Shown here: positions 28,579-39,220 of the stretch, piece by piece
Position numbering within the stretch: the stretch's first letter is position 1
Layout: each line of letters starts with the position of its first letter
IMG/VR virus record: IMGVR_UViG_3300025087_000689
Length of the DNA: 64,000 bases
DNA from: a virus
Lineage: Duplodnaviria > Caudoviricetes
Reading direction: 5' to 3' (one strand)
The notes under the pieces: model-generated
The model's input: only the letters and a program-made list of their open reading frames with translations
Told to the model about the DNA's origin: nothing
Databases searched by the model: none
Position numbers and translations under genes: made by a program

Positions 28579-31500
28579 TCAGACACTAACGTTTTTACAA
28601 TCCAACTTTTTATATTTAACATTTTTCTTTCCTACGTAAGAGATTAAGAACTTATCCTCATATTTCACTATTGCATCTGACTTTAACTTTCCGTTGTTGT
28701 CTATGATCTCATCTGTAAGTAGATCCTCAATTTTGTCACGAATGAGACGTCTCATCGGTCTAGCGTTTGAGTTTTTCTCTTCAGCTACAAGATCCAATAT
28801 CTTTTCCTTTGCCGAAGAGTCTACAGTGACCTTAATATTAAAATTCTTTTCAATATTTCGACTTATCTCAAAAAATTGAAGATTAAATATTAAAGATAGG
28901 TCTTCTCGTTTTAACGGATCAAAAATAACTGTATTTCCAATACGGTTAAGAAATTCAGGTCGAAAGAAGTTTTTTAATTCTGCATGAATAGTTGTATGAA
29001 TATTAGTCTTTTTTTCTTCAAAATTCTTATGAATGAAACCGAAGTTATTCTTCGTAATATCTTGAGAACCTATGTTTGAAGTCATAATAATGATGGTGTT
29101 TTCAAGACTTACTGAACGATTTAGCTTATCTGTAATTCTTCCATCATCCATCATCTGAAGGAAAATATCGTAAACGCTAGGATGAGCTTTCTCAACTTCG
29201 TCGAAGAGTAATACGCAATAAGGATTATCTTTAAGTGCGTTAATAAGTTCACCGCCCTCCTCGTATCCAATATAGCCAGGAGGTGAATTATGAACACCTA
29301 CAAAATTCGCAATATAAGTTGATTCATTAGCAATTGTTAAATCATATACGTATCCGTCGTATTTAACTTTCTTTTTTTGATTGATGTGATAATAATAAAA
29401 CAGGTGATCTTTATATTGTTTTCTCTGAATATTGAAAACTTTAGTTACTTTAGTTTTTAATTTTAATGATGGAAGCTTAGTATTTAGTAGTTCAGCATTA
29501 TCACCAGTAATAATTATTTTATATACCTTTTCATTTTGTAGATAATTGAATTGTGTAGAAAATCCAAGTTGACGAAGGATAGTATTAAATTGAGATGCTA
29601 AATCTGAAGAAACAGTTGTATATGTTATCTTTTGTTCTATTGTTTTGGAACCATCTCCAATAATAAGTGTTTCTATTAGATTATACAATTTGACTGGATT
29701 ACATCCAAGAATATAACTTGGAATTTTTTTCTCATAACATGTTCTTCCAAACAATTTAGAAAGCATAATATTTATAATTCTACTTGAAAATACTAAACAA
29801 ATTGAATTTCTATTTGTATGTCGTATATTAATGTGAATATGTTTTCCGAATATTTTGTGTATAAGTAGTTTTGTTTCTTGAACGTATTTTTCTTCGTGTT
29901 TGCCAAATGTTATTTTTATATTTTTCCGATTTTTAGAACATCCACCTTCACTTAAGTAATAACCTATAAATCGGAGGAATGTATTATTTATTTTAATAAA
30001 TCTATTAAATTTTACGTTTTGATAAGCCCAGATATTCTTATTATCATATTGATATCGAGGTAAGTCTACTATATAATCTTTCAAATCGATTACAGGTAAA
30101 TTTGTATCAAGACTTAGTATTTTTGGATATACTATTATATCATTTTCATCTATATCCTGACTATTTCTAAACTTAATGTTTTTTATAGAATAAGAAGATT
30201 TTTTAACTCTTTTATTGTAAAACTCAGGTTTAATACATGGTATTTCATGTTTTGACGTACAATTTAATCGTAAATTGCTATTTGCTATTCTATATGAGTC
30301 GAGTAATCCAGTATATTTATACTTATGGGTGTGTGTTACATTCTGAATTTTTCCGGTATGTGAAAATACTTTATCTCCGATCCGAACTTCTGAAATCGAT
30401 TTCATAGTTCCGTCTGCCATAAGTATTTTAGTTTTAGGAACAAAACATCCCAAAAGTCTCGAGACTGTAAACTGATCACTATACTCTGACATATCAAATC
30501 GACGAATATGTTTTTCACTGCCGAATAAACCCAAAGCTAATTGTTTAGCAAGATGAGTTTTACCTACTCCTGTAGGTCCTAAGAATAGGAATGAACCAAT
30601 AGGTTGTCCTGACTTTCGCAAGCCAACTTGAGATCTTCTAATAGCTTTAACAACAGATGTTATAGCGTCAGTTTGTGATATTAGATGATATCTTAAGAAC
30701 TCTTCTAGTTTCTTTAGTTTAGTAATGTTATCAGCTGAAAGTTCAGCTATGGGAATCTTAGTTATGCGAGAAACTGTATTTGTAATATCATGGATTGAAA
30801 GTTCAAGTCCTCTCACTTCAGAAACTAGACGAGCTCTTTTTACTTCAAGTTCATGTTCGAGATTCTTTCTATCATCCATTACTCCTGCAGCATCTATGAT
30901 ATGATCTTCATTCATATGAATAGAAATATCTTCTTCGAGAGCCTTAATCTTTTCTTCGAGAATTTTTATTTCTGGGTTGTTGGCGATAGAAGAGATTTTC
31001 TTATCTCCGCAAGCTTGGTCAAGTATATCAATTGCCTTATCAGGAAGTGCTCCACCGTGGATGTAGCGTACAGCAAGGACCACAATATCGTGGATAAGAT
31101 TCTTGTTAACATGTATGCCATGATGTTCCTCGTATTTTTTACAAATACCATTAAGAATTTTAATAGCTTCTTCTTCTGTTGGTTCAGACACTTTAATCCG
31201 TTGAAATCTACGTTCTAATGCACCGTCTTTTTCAAACACCTCCCGTTCTTCTTTAGTCGTAGTTGCACCAATAACCTGAATCTTACCTTTTGATAGGTAA
31301 GGTTTTAAGATGTTAGCTGCATCATTTCCATGAGATGAATCACCTGTACCAATCATAGTATGAATTTCATCTATGAATAAGATAATATTTTTGGCGGAAA
31401 GAACCTCTTTAATTATAAACTGCATTCTTTCTTCAAAATCTCCACGAAACTTAGTTCCAGCTACAAGAGAAGCGAGATCAAGAGCGACTACTCTTTTACC

Positions 31501-32151
31501 TCTTAACATCTCTGGAACTTGTTCATTGGTAATAGACTGAGCTAAACCCTCGACAATAGCCGTTTTGCCAACACCAGGATCACCAACAAGTAAAGCATTT
31601 CTCTTGATGCGTCGACAAAGAGCGTTGATCAGAGATCTTAGTTCTACTTCTCTACCAATCACAGGATCTAAACCACCTTGTTTAGCTTCCTGAGTTAGAT
31701 CAGTACTGTATTTGTCCAGTGTTGGTGTTTGAACCGATTCATTATTCTTTCTATCTGGTGGTTTTGATAGAGTTATAAAGAGTCTATCTGTTGCAATCCC
31801 AAGATCTTGCAGATATGTTATTCCATCCTGTTCTGACATACAATAGTTGAGAATCGTCATTGGAGTAAATAACGTAGATTGCGTTCGAAGACGTACACGT
31901 TCTTCAACTATTTTCATTTCTTTTGAGAAACTCTCAGGACGAATAATTCGCTTATCTTTTAGTCTTATGATAGAAGGATGTGTGGTGAATTCTAATTCAT
32001 CGCCGCATTCTACAAGAAGATTGTAGGCTGTCGATGATCCATCGAAGATAATAGCTTGAATTAGATGTGTAATATTAAGAACTTCATCAAATTCATTGGA
32101 AATGAATTGAGCAGTCTCAAATATTATTCTGGTTCTAGCTGTACGTACCAA
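28579..32151 (-). CDS. ClpA/B/C-family AAA+ chaperone with intein
   Basis: LDPVIGR, GDPGVGKT, GTKFRGDFEER, GPTGVGKT, DMSEY..RLLG|SPPGYIGY, FRPEFLNR. Confidence 0.93.
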   Translation of the reverse strand: MVRTARTRIIFETAQFISNEFDEVLNITHLIQAIIFDGSSTAYNLLVECGDELEFTTHPSIIRLKDKRIIRPESFSKEMKIVEERVRLRTQSTLFTPMTILNYCMSEQDGITYLQDLGIATDRLFITLSKPPDRKNNESVQTPTLDKYSTDLTQEAKQGGLDPVIGREVELRSLINALCRRIKRNALLVGDPGVGKTAIVEGLAQSITNEQVPEMLRGKRVVALDLASLVAGTKFRGDFEERMQFIIKEVLSAKNIILFIDEIHTMIGTGDSSHGNDAANILKPYLSKGKIQVIGATTTKEEREVFEKDGALERRFQRIKVSEPTEEEAIKILNGICKKYEEHHGIHVNKNLIHDIVVLAVRYIHGGALPDKAIDILDQACGDKKISSIANNPEIKILEEKIKALEEDISIHMNEDHIIDAAGVMDDRKNLEHELEVKRARLVSEVRGLELSIHDITNTVSRITKIPIAELSADNITKLKKLEEFLRYHLISQTDAITSVVKAIRRSQVGLRKSGQPIGSFLFLGPTGVGKTHLAKQLALGLFGSEKHIRRFDMSEYSDQFTVSRLLGCFVPKTKILMADGTMKSISEVRIGDKVFSHTGKIQNVTHTHKYKYTGLLDSYRIANSNLRLNCTSKHEIPCIKPEFYNKRVKKSSYSIKNIKFRNSQDIDENDIIVYPKILSLDTNLPVIDLKDYIVDLPRYQYDNKNIWAYQNVKFNRFIKINNTFLRFIGYYLSEGGCSKNRKNIKITFGKHEEKYVQETKLLIHKIFGKHIHINIRHTNRNSICLVFSSRIINIMLSKLFGRTCYEKKIPSYILGCNPVKLYNLIETLIIGDGSKTIEQKITYTTVSSDLASQFNTILRQLGFSTQFNYLQNEKVYKIIITGDNAELLNTKLPSLKLKTKVTKVFNIQRKQYKDHLFYYYHINQKKKVKYDGYVYDLTIANESTYIANFVGVHNSPPGYIGYEEGGELINALKDNPYCVLLFDEVEKAHPSVYDIFLQMMDDGRITDKLNRSVSLENTIIIMTSNIGSQDITKNNFGFIHKNFEEKKTNIHTTIHAELKNFFRPEFLNRIGNTVIFDPLKREDLSLIFNLQFFEISRNIEKNFNIKVTVDSSAKEKILDLVAEEKNSNARPMRRLIRDKIEDLLTDEIIDNNGKLKSDAIVKYEDKFLISYVGKKNVKYKKLDCKNVSV
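29287..30447 (-). mobile_element. Intein (387 aa, LAGLIDADG-type) in Clp AAA2, within RLLG|SPPGY
   Basis: CFVPKTKILMADG..FIGYYLSEG..LIIGDG..FVGVHN|S. Confidence 0.92.
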
Positions 32152-32407
32152 AGGTGCTCCTATATATGTTCGAATAAGTTAATATTAGAGTCTAGAACCT
32201 TTAAAGACTTTTTAATCTTTCGGTTTTGTAACTTTCGGATATCAAGAACTCTCTTCATTTCGTCATAGCAATCAGTAAGTCTTTGACGTGGAAAGGGAGG
32301 TGCATTAGGAAAACGCTTTTTAAGGTTTTTTCTCGCATTTTTCAGATGATCATTTGTCATCTGATCAATTTCAAATATCTTACCTTCTTTGGTTTTCCAT
32401 TGCATAG

Positions 32408-32845
32408 TTAATCATCATTACCAAGTATATTAGGAGGAAGCATTTCATCGAGACCTAATTCTTTCATTTGTTCTTTAGCTTTGACAGTGTTGAATACTTC
32501 AATTATACCAGTTTTTTCATTTACACGCCATACTTTGTTAACAAGATCGTGTTTTAATTCTATGGATGAAGTAAAAAAGTTATTGAGAGTGTTATAACGA
32601 GATAGTTTCTTTTCAAGTTGTTCTTTTAACTTTAAAGCTTCATCCAGATCATTACGTAAAGACTTCATCTCATTGAAGATTTTGACTTGTTCAGCATCAA
32701 GAGCTTCGACAGGGTTAAAGATTTCATCTGCTGATTTAGATACTTTATCAAGCATATCTTCTGGTATATCAGTGTCAAATTTGTTCTTTAATTGCTTATG
32801 AAGTTTTTCGATTGTTTCTTTAACCTCATTCCAATTGATCATCAT
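32408..32845 (-). CDS. Coiled-coil hypothetical protein
   Basis: 145-aa ORF. Confidence 0.65.
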   Translation of the reverse strand: MMINWNEVKETIEKLHKQLKNKFDTDIPEDMLDKVSKSADEIFNPVEALDAEQVKIFNEMKSLRNDLDEALKLKEQLEKKLSRYNTLNNFFTSSIELKHDLVNKVWRVNEKTGIIEVFNTVKAKEQMKELGLDEMLPPNILGNDD

Positions 32846-33558
32846 AATATATTACCTTGTTCATGTAAAGAGACTGATCTATAGAAAGAAGGCACTTCAA
32901 CTTTATTCTTTGATACTAATAAAGTACATCTGGCCTCTTCCTGACCCCAAAAATGTTTTTCTATATCAAGATAAACGAGATCTCCTTTGTCCCTTAAATA
33001 TTCAGCATGATGCATCTTAATCTTAATCGCGGCGTCCAAACATCCTTCATGTGGATTATAGGAATGACCAGTTGTTGGAGACATTCTAATTTGATTCAAA
33101 ACTATAACCAAACTTTCTGTAGAAACCAGTTCTCTCTGTAAGATCATAAAATTTCGCATTAGCCATTTGAAACGTTCACTATCATTTCGTATATTACCTA
33201 ACATAGTTAAATCATCTATAATAATAACAATATTTTCTTTTATAATCTCGTGAATAAGTTCAAATACATTTTGATTGTTTACTGTTGGAGACATCATAAC
33301 ATTAGAAGTAATATAATCTGCACAGAGTTTACGAGCTAAATCTATATAAACGATTAAATCGTTTGGAAATAAAGATATGGCTAAAGATGATTTTCCAATC
33401 TGACTACGACCATAGATTTCTACTAATCTACCAGTGGGGAAACCACCTTCTAAAATGTCGTTTAGATTTACAAATGCTGTAGGTTTAATTGAAGATTTTG
33501 TACCTATGCATTTACCCAAAACAAGATTAGAAAAAGCGTCCAAATACGATCTCCTCAA
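32842..33558 (-). CDS. Short RecA/RadB-like P-loop ATPase
   Basis: LEGGFPTGRLVEIYGRSQIGKS, IIDD, VLNQIR. Confidence 0.8.
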   Translation of the reverse strand: MRRSYLDAFSNLVLGKCIGTKSSIKPTAFVNLNDILEGGFPTGRLVEIYGRSQIGKSSLAISLFPNDLIVYIDLARKLCADYITSNVMMSPTVNNQNVFELIHEIIKENIVIIIDDLTMLGNIRNDSERFKWLMRNFMILQRELVSTESLVIVLNQIRMSPTTGHSYNPHEGCLDAAIKIKMHHAEYLRDKGDLVYLDIEKHFWGQEEARCTLLVSKNKVEVPSFYRSVSLHEQGNIL

Positions 33559-34534
33559 CTACATTATTGAAACTCTCATCTTTATATGGAATAGAAGACA
33601 TAACATAGATAAGATCAAACATGTTGTGAACTACTGTTGTTTTTCTTATCTCATCATATTGTGTTTTCCAAACTTTAAATTCTGGCATTGATTCTAATGT
33701 CTTGATCATCTTCTGTTCTAAAGTTGGTATTTGATCAACGGTGACATTAGACATTGTTCTTAAAGCATTTTGGATTAGATTCCAATTGTCAGAAGTTTTT
33801 GCAAAGAGGTTAGTTACTTCTTTTTCAAGTCTTTTAATAGCTTCACCACGATGAATCACTCTTCCCAATGTTCTTGTATCTCTTACGAATTGGAAACTAA
33901 GTGTGCGATCGGTATTCTGGATTGTCATACCAATGCCGCATCTTACAGAAGCATCACCTATTTCACTGTTACTTATGTACAAGAACATAGAAGTAGTATA
34001 TCCGTTGCATTCTGCTTCAAACTGTTCTCGTGTCAGAATTCTAGTATTAGAATCACTACTAGAACATGTAAATTGTATTTCTCTTATTTGTGGAAGGAAT
34101 AATCTTTCCATAAGATTGATGATTTCTTTATCGTCTATGGCTGTATATGAATTTGAAAGAACTGCACGTATCTCGTTATTAATCATACGGATAGTAACGT
34201 TCTGTTGTGCTGAACATTGAGCCATCCATGTTATTTTTCCGTTAACGAGTGGAATTTCTATCCATGATGGAGTATTATCCACAACACGAAATGGGATCCC
34301 AAGCCTTCCCAGGAGGCTTTGATAGCCTGTTTTGAGAACTATTCGTGAGTTGAGCAAAGTTGGTGTTTTATCTCGAAGAAAATAGATTCTATCTTCTCCA
34401 ATAGATAACGATGGAAATAAAGCTATAACGTCTGTCTTATTAAGATCATCTATAACGGTTTTAATAACCTGAAGATTCTCAGGATTACTTTCCGTAGAAA
34501 CATGGCGATGATAATTAATTCCTGATAATTTCAT
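33527..34534 (-). CDS. DUF932-like phage protein
   Basis: IRAVLSNSYTAIDD..FLYISNSEIG pattern. Confidence 0.5.
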   Translation of the reverse strand: MKLSGINYHRHVSTESNPENLQVIKTVIDDLNKTDVIALFPSLSIGEDRIYFLRDKTPTLLNSRIVLKTGYQSLLGRLGIPFRVVDNTPSWIEIPLVNGKITWMAQCSAQQNVTIRMINNEIRAVLSNSYTAIDDKEIINLMERLFLPQIREIQFTCSSSDSNTRILTREQFEAECNGYTTSMFLYISNSEIGDASVRCGIGMTIQNTDRTLSFQFVRDTRTLGRVIHRGEAIKRLEKEVTNLFAKTSDNWNLIQNALRTMSNVTVDQIPTLEQKMIKTLESMPEFKVWKTQYDEIRKTTVVHNMFDLIYVMSSIPYKDESFNNVVEEIVFGRFF

Positions 34535-35158
34535 TTGATCTCCAGAATTTCGTGTTCAAAGATCTTAATCAGATCGTCCTTCTCAAGTTTTTTACTAAAG
34601 ACAACGTTCCCTTTGGAAAGTATCTGAGCTTCGAGGTCTAACTTACTTGTAAGTCGATCCCCAAATCGGCTCTTAAGGAGTCTGAAAGTAATCTTAAGTA
34701 CGAGTTTGCGAAAGAACTTTTTCAAAAGAATTCCAATTGATTAGGATCATTAACAATTACAGCTTCATGTGACTTAAGCATAGCAGCGTAAAGCTTTCCA
34801 GCTTCACGTTTGTCTTTGCTCTTTTCAAGAGCTAGCTTGTATAAAGCCTGTTTCTGACTGAAAGCCGTAACTTCAGTTATTTTACCCAACTTTTTCTCAA
34901 CTACTTTGTAACGTGGCATCGCAACTCCTTAAAAAAGCGAAGGAATAGAAATAAAAAGTTTGTATAGTAATAACGAATAATAACTAATAATCAACAAGAA
35001 CCACCTGCTTTTATGTTTAACAAAGTATTATTTCGCAGGATAGAGTTGTTTTATAATAGTTGTGCTTTCGCACATCATAAGGATTTTACTTGTCAATAAC
35101 CAGTAACTTCACCAATAGGAGAAGACCTGGCTATCTATCTATTCCAACACTAATTGCT

Positions 35159-35458
35159 TTACTCGCTGATCTCAGACATTAAGTCGTCGAAATCTATTTG
35201 GAGTTCGACTGTTGTTGAAGTGTTTGACCGCTTTATTTCGTCGTCGATCTTGAATAAAGCCTTATTGAGCTGAATGATCTTCTTGTCCACTTTCTTGATA
35301 TCATAGAGTAGTTCCTCTATGGTCTCGTTATTAGCAACGTCGATTCGTCTCGTACACTGGGTAGTGGACGAACGTACGTTCTCGAGTTCACCTTTTCTCA
35401 TCTTCAATGCCTTTTGATAGCATAGAAGAGAATTTACTGTAAGTTTCTTGTCTGTCAT
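35159..35458 (-). CDS. Helical-hairpin/coiled-coil protein (DIP1984/DUF6847-like)
   Basis: LTVNSLL..LKMRKGELE..YDIKKVDKKI..IDDEIKRSN.STTV. Confidence 0.55.
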   Translation of the reverse strand: MTDKKLTVNSLLCYQKALKMRKGELENVRSSTTQCTRRIDVANNETIEELLYDIKKVDKKIIQLNKALFKIDDEIKRSNTSTTVELQIDFDDLMSEISE

Positions 35459-35864
35459 TTGTTACTCCTTTGATTTAACTTTTCTTTTGCTTCAATTTCT
35501 CTTTTACTTGGTTTGATGTATTTTCCTAGAAGATACTTCAGGTTTTTTAGTTCTTCATTGGAACATTGATATCCAATGGTATGTTCTAAGTAGTCTAGCT
35601 GTTTTATTTTCTGGAAAATATCTTTTAAAAGATAGTTTCTCTCTACCAGTTCAGCTTCGCGAGCTAGACATGCGGAACATTCAACGTTAAATAAGGTTGT
35701 CTGTCCACATTTAGAACACGTTTTCGGTACATTTGTCTGATTCATTGTGATTGATGGGATAATTCCTTGGAAGTTCGAGTCCATTGTGATTTTTTCCACC
35801 TATAATATAGAGTTTATCATCAACCCATGTAATGTCTTCGATCTCATAATGAGTTTTTGTTTCC

Positions 35865-36515
35865 TCATCGAAGAAAAAAACTTTTTTCGACGGGATACAA
35901 CTCTTCATACACTTTTCCAATTCGATTAACTTCGCTGAGGACTGTTTTTGCGTAGTCATTAATAGGCCCCTGTTTTATATTCTTTCTCCAACCTGGTCCT
36001 GCATAATAATACTTCAAACCTTTTTCTATAGACTGTTCTTTCTTAATGCCTTGATCTAAATAGTTGATGCCAATAAGCATACCAGCTACATCATTCATCA
36101 ATGTCACATCAGGAATAAAAGTCATAGCTGTTCTTCGACATATAGCAGATGCTGTAGAATCAAGGACTTGTGCAATACCTTTAGCCTCCATCTCAGATAT
36201 AGCCTTAGGATTAAATCCTGATTCACAATGAATTTTTGCACAAACGACTCGCCAGTCTATTCGTCTCTTCTCACATTGGTCGTAAATAATACCAGACCAA
36301 TAGAATATAACGTCTGGACCCCATATTTTTAAATATGGATATGTTTTTATCAATGTAGTAGATATTCTTTCTGGTTCTTTAGATACTACATATTTTGGAA
36401 TTTGAAGTTCGATGATCTGACCTCTTATCTGGAGTAAACCTAAATTGGTCATAAAATTGATGCATAGAATTATAGCCAATATTATAAGAATAGTTAATGT
36501 TAAACCTTTATACAT
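35865..36515 (-). CDS. Lytic transglycosylase (SLT domain) with N-terminal TM segment
   Basis: HCESGFNPKAIS..AKGIAQV..T, YYAGPG. Confidence 0.88.
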   Translation of the reverse strand: MYKGLTLTILIILAIILCINFMTNLGLLQIRGQIIELQIPKYVVSKEPERISTTLIKTYPYLKIWGPDVIFYWSGIIYDQCEKRRIDWRVVCAKIHCESGFNPKAISEMEAKGIAQVLDSTASAICRRTAMTFIPDVTLMNDVAGMLIGINYLDQGIKKEQSIEKGLKYYYAGPGWRKNIKQGPINDYAKTVLSEVNRIGKVYEELYPVEKSFFLR

Positions 36516-36868
36516 CCATATCTCCTTGGTTTATCTAAGGTATTCCAATCGTTATACAATTCTTCTTTGGATACAGGAATATGAATGATAAGACTCAAAA
36601 TCTTACTCGGATCACCTGTAACTCGGATGTAGTCAAAACCTCCGTCTATAGCTACGGCACCACAAGAACAGGGATGATAATCGTGATCTACACAACTATA
36701 TATGATATCATGACAATGTAAACATTGAATGGCATTGACCTTAGTTGAATTAGACGCCAAAATTACAGGTTTTTTTGTAATCAGAAATGTCTTTTTGGAT
36801 CTCTTGATTGTTTTCTTTTCCATTGGTACTCTTTCTAATAGTTGGAGAAAGGTCGAAGATTTTCTCAA
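36500..36868 (-). CDS. Zn-binding conserved phage protein
   Basis: NAIQCLHCHD..HDYHPCSCGAVAIDGG. Confidence 0.75.
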   Translation of the reverse strand: MRKSSTFLQLLERVPMEKKTIKRSKKTFLITKKPVILASNSTKVNAIQCLHCHDIIYSCVDHDYHPCSCGAVAIDGGFDYIRVTGDPSKILSLIIHIPVSKEELYNDWNTLDKPRRYGCIKV

Positions 36869-37343
36869 TTGATCCTTCAGTATTTATGACTAATCCAAGT
36901 CCACAATCACAAGATACTGAAATATAACGTATCTTCCAATTGTAAGATGATTGTAACTTGAGAGTACGACCACACTTACATGTAACTATCATGTTGGTCA
37001 TAGAATAACATATCCAAGAACAGCAAGAGTATCAATTAAGATAATCTCGTCTTCCGTAGTTCTTTTTTCGTCGGATTTCATCCACTCTGCAATTGCAGTA
37101 TATACCATTCCTTTGAAGAAGTCTTTAGCTTCTTTTGTAGTTTTGAATGGTACGTTTGCTATCTCACAGAGACGTTGAAAGTCAGCACTGAGTTGAAAAC
37201 TTCCATTCTTCTTTTTCTTCTTAGTTGCCATTGATACTCCTTTTAAATTCATGTAAGACATAAGGACCTACTTCGTCGTGCTGTAATGTTGAACCGTCAA
37301 CAGTCTGAACGTCATAGTCCTTAACTCTAATGAACTCAATCAA

Positions 37344-37703
37344 AAATCAAGAATATGTCCAATATGTCGAAAATTTTGGTCTTCTATGACTGAACGTACA
37401 AAGAAGATGACTCTTAGAGAAGCTCAAGTTAAAGGAAGAAAGTATGGTTATTCAGCTTATAAAAGTACATACGTTAATACATACAATCGTAGTTGGAATA
37501 AAAATCTAACTAAATTACCATGTCAAAAATGTAATTATGACAAACATATTGATCTTTGTCATATTAAACCTATTCGTAGTTTTTCATTGGATACAACACT
37601 TGGAGAAATTAATTCTCCTGAAAATAATCTTGTTTTGTGTCTAAATCATCACTGGGAATTTGATCATGGTATATTAGATATAAAAGATATTTCCAAAAGG
37701 TGA
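37344..37703 (+). CDS. HNH endonuclease, inverted orientation, N-terminally truncated
   Basis: CPIC (in frame upstream of ATG 37386), CQKC..HIKP..NNLVLCLNHH. Confidence 0.8.
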   Translation, partial: KSRICPICRKFWSSMTERTKKMTLREAQVKGRKYGYSAYKSTYVNTYNRSWNKNLTKLPCQKCNYDKHIDLCHIKPIRSFSLDTTLGEINSPENNLVLCLNHHWEFDHGILDIKDISKR

Positions 37704-37729
37704 TGCTCTACCAGCTGAACTACATCCCT
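37692..37729 (-). pseudogene. 5' half of tRNA-Gln(UUG); 3' half absent
   Basis: AGGGATG-TA-GTTC-AGCTGGTA-GAGC-A-TCACC-TTTTGGA, then unrelated sequence. Confidence 0.75.
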
Positions 37730-38042
37730 ATATGGCTGGCATGGCGTTTATAGCTTCGATTGTTTTAAGAGCAGTAGAAGTATGTTTTGTTGGCCAAACA
37801 AGAAGATTTACATCTCCATCTTTTATGACTTCTACGATTGGAATCAGTTTTAGGAATTCGGTATGTAAAAAAACCTGGAACTCATTTTCGTCAATGGTAT
37901 AACAACGAATCCAAGCCTCTCCTTTTTCACCTGATCCTGAATCAGATTGGAATGGTAACAAACCCTTATAGTTTTTAACCATTCTCTCGATAATAGGAGC
38001 TATTTCATCTTTCGCTTGGATTTCGACTTGGAAAGCTTGCAT
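37728..38042 (-). CDS. Hypothetical protein
   Basis: ORF with SD. Confidence 0.6.
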   Translation of the reverse strand: MQAFQVEIQAKDEIAPIIERMVKNYKGLLPFQSDSGSGEKGEAWIRCYTIDENEFQVFLHTEFLKLIPIVEVIKDGDVNLLVWPTKHTSTALKTIEAINAMPAI

Positions 38043-38108
38043 ACTGGTTTCCTTTCTGATTCTGAACGCGGTTCGGTGAATATAGCCGAATCTACAAACA
38101 TAATATCA

Positions 38109-38441
38109 TTATATAGTTATTCTCATTCTTGCTACTTCATTTAAATCGAAAGATGGTTTTTCAAGTGTTCTGTCTGAATTTTTCCATTGGCATACTAACT
38201 TATGTTTATACGCAATCTCGATTCCTGGCCAGATTCCAGTCCAAATATCTCCTTCTCCTTCTTCACAATTACAACTAAGTCTTTGGTCTCCACATTTTAA
38301 ACATCTAGCAACATCGCAGTTTTCTAGGTGCTGTTCATCAACTGCAACACCACAATCAGGACACATGCCGATATCATCATTCTCTTTCTTCCATATCTCT
38401 TCTACTAATTCATCAGATGGATTTTCTACTTTAATCCACAT
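38109..38441 (-). CDS. Cys-rich hypothetical protein
   Basis: CPDC..H..C..C..C..C.C. Confidence 0.7.
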   Translation of the reverse strand: MWIKVENPSDELVEEIWKKENDDIGMCPDCGVAVDEQHLENCDVARCLKCGDQRLSCNCEEGEGDIWTGIWPGIEIAYKHKLVCQWKNSDRTLEKPSFDLNEVARMRITI

Positions 38442-38453
38442 ATATTATCCTTA

Positions 38454-38860
38454 TTATGATTTGATAACGGCTAAGGGTATGAGTTCTTCTATGATCTCAA
38501 CTAAATCAGTCTGGGATGCCATAACTTCTTCCACGTTTTTGTAAGCTCCCGCTGCTTCATCAAGGTCTGAAACATTCCGAATCCCATGAATGATACCCTG
38601 ATCATCTAGTATCTTGATTTCTTCAGCTAGATTCAAGGTTCGTGAAGCTTCTTTTCTTCCCATTTTTCTTCCTGCTCCATGTGAACAAGAGTTGAAAGAG
38701 TCTGGGTTCTCTTTCCCGCAAACGATATATGATTTGGTCCCTTGACTTCCAGGGATGATACCAACTGTATCTTTACGAGCGAGGTAGCACCCTTACGGTG
38801 AACCCATACGTATTGACCAAAGTGATTCTCAAGAGATGTGATAGTCATGAACTAACATTA
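38454..38860 (-). pseudogene. rtcB: C-terminal fragment of RtcB RNA ligase, frameshifted
   Basis: ENHFG..HRKGAT / (shift) ARKDTVGIIPGSQGTKSYIV..SCSHGAGRKMGR..DEAAGAYK. Confidence 0.88.
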
Positions 38861-39118
38861 AAAAACCTCAAAAAGATTATCTGGATTCATCATTGCAGGT
38901 CTTGTTGTTCTCTTAAAGAGTACGCAGCACTCATCGTACTCATAACATAAGCCTCCTACGGAATAAACTATACGTTGATTATCACAGTTTTCTTTATGCG
39001 AACAAATCATAGTGCAGGTTCTAACATTCTTTATGCGAGCTTCTTTTCCGAGAAGATCTTCTCCACCTTCGTAATGATGTAGGGCAAAATTATAAATTTC
39101 ACCTGTTTGCATATAAAT

Positions 39119-39209
39119 TGGTGGAAGGAGTAGGATTTAAACCTACGAGGGCTGTTAACCCTACTAGTTTTCAAGACTAGTGCAATAAATCAGACTCTGC
39201 CACCCTTCC
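39119..39209 (-). tRNA. tRNA-Ser(UGA), CCA encoded
   Basis: CTAGT-CTTGAAA-ACTAG, long V-arm. Confidence 0.92.
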
Positions 39210-39220
39210 GTATGATATAG

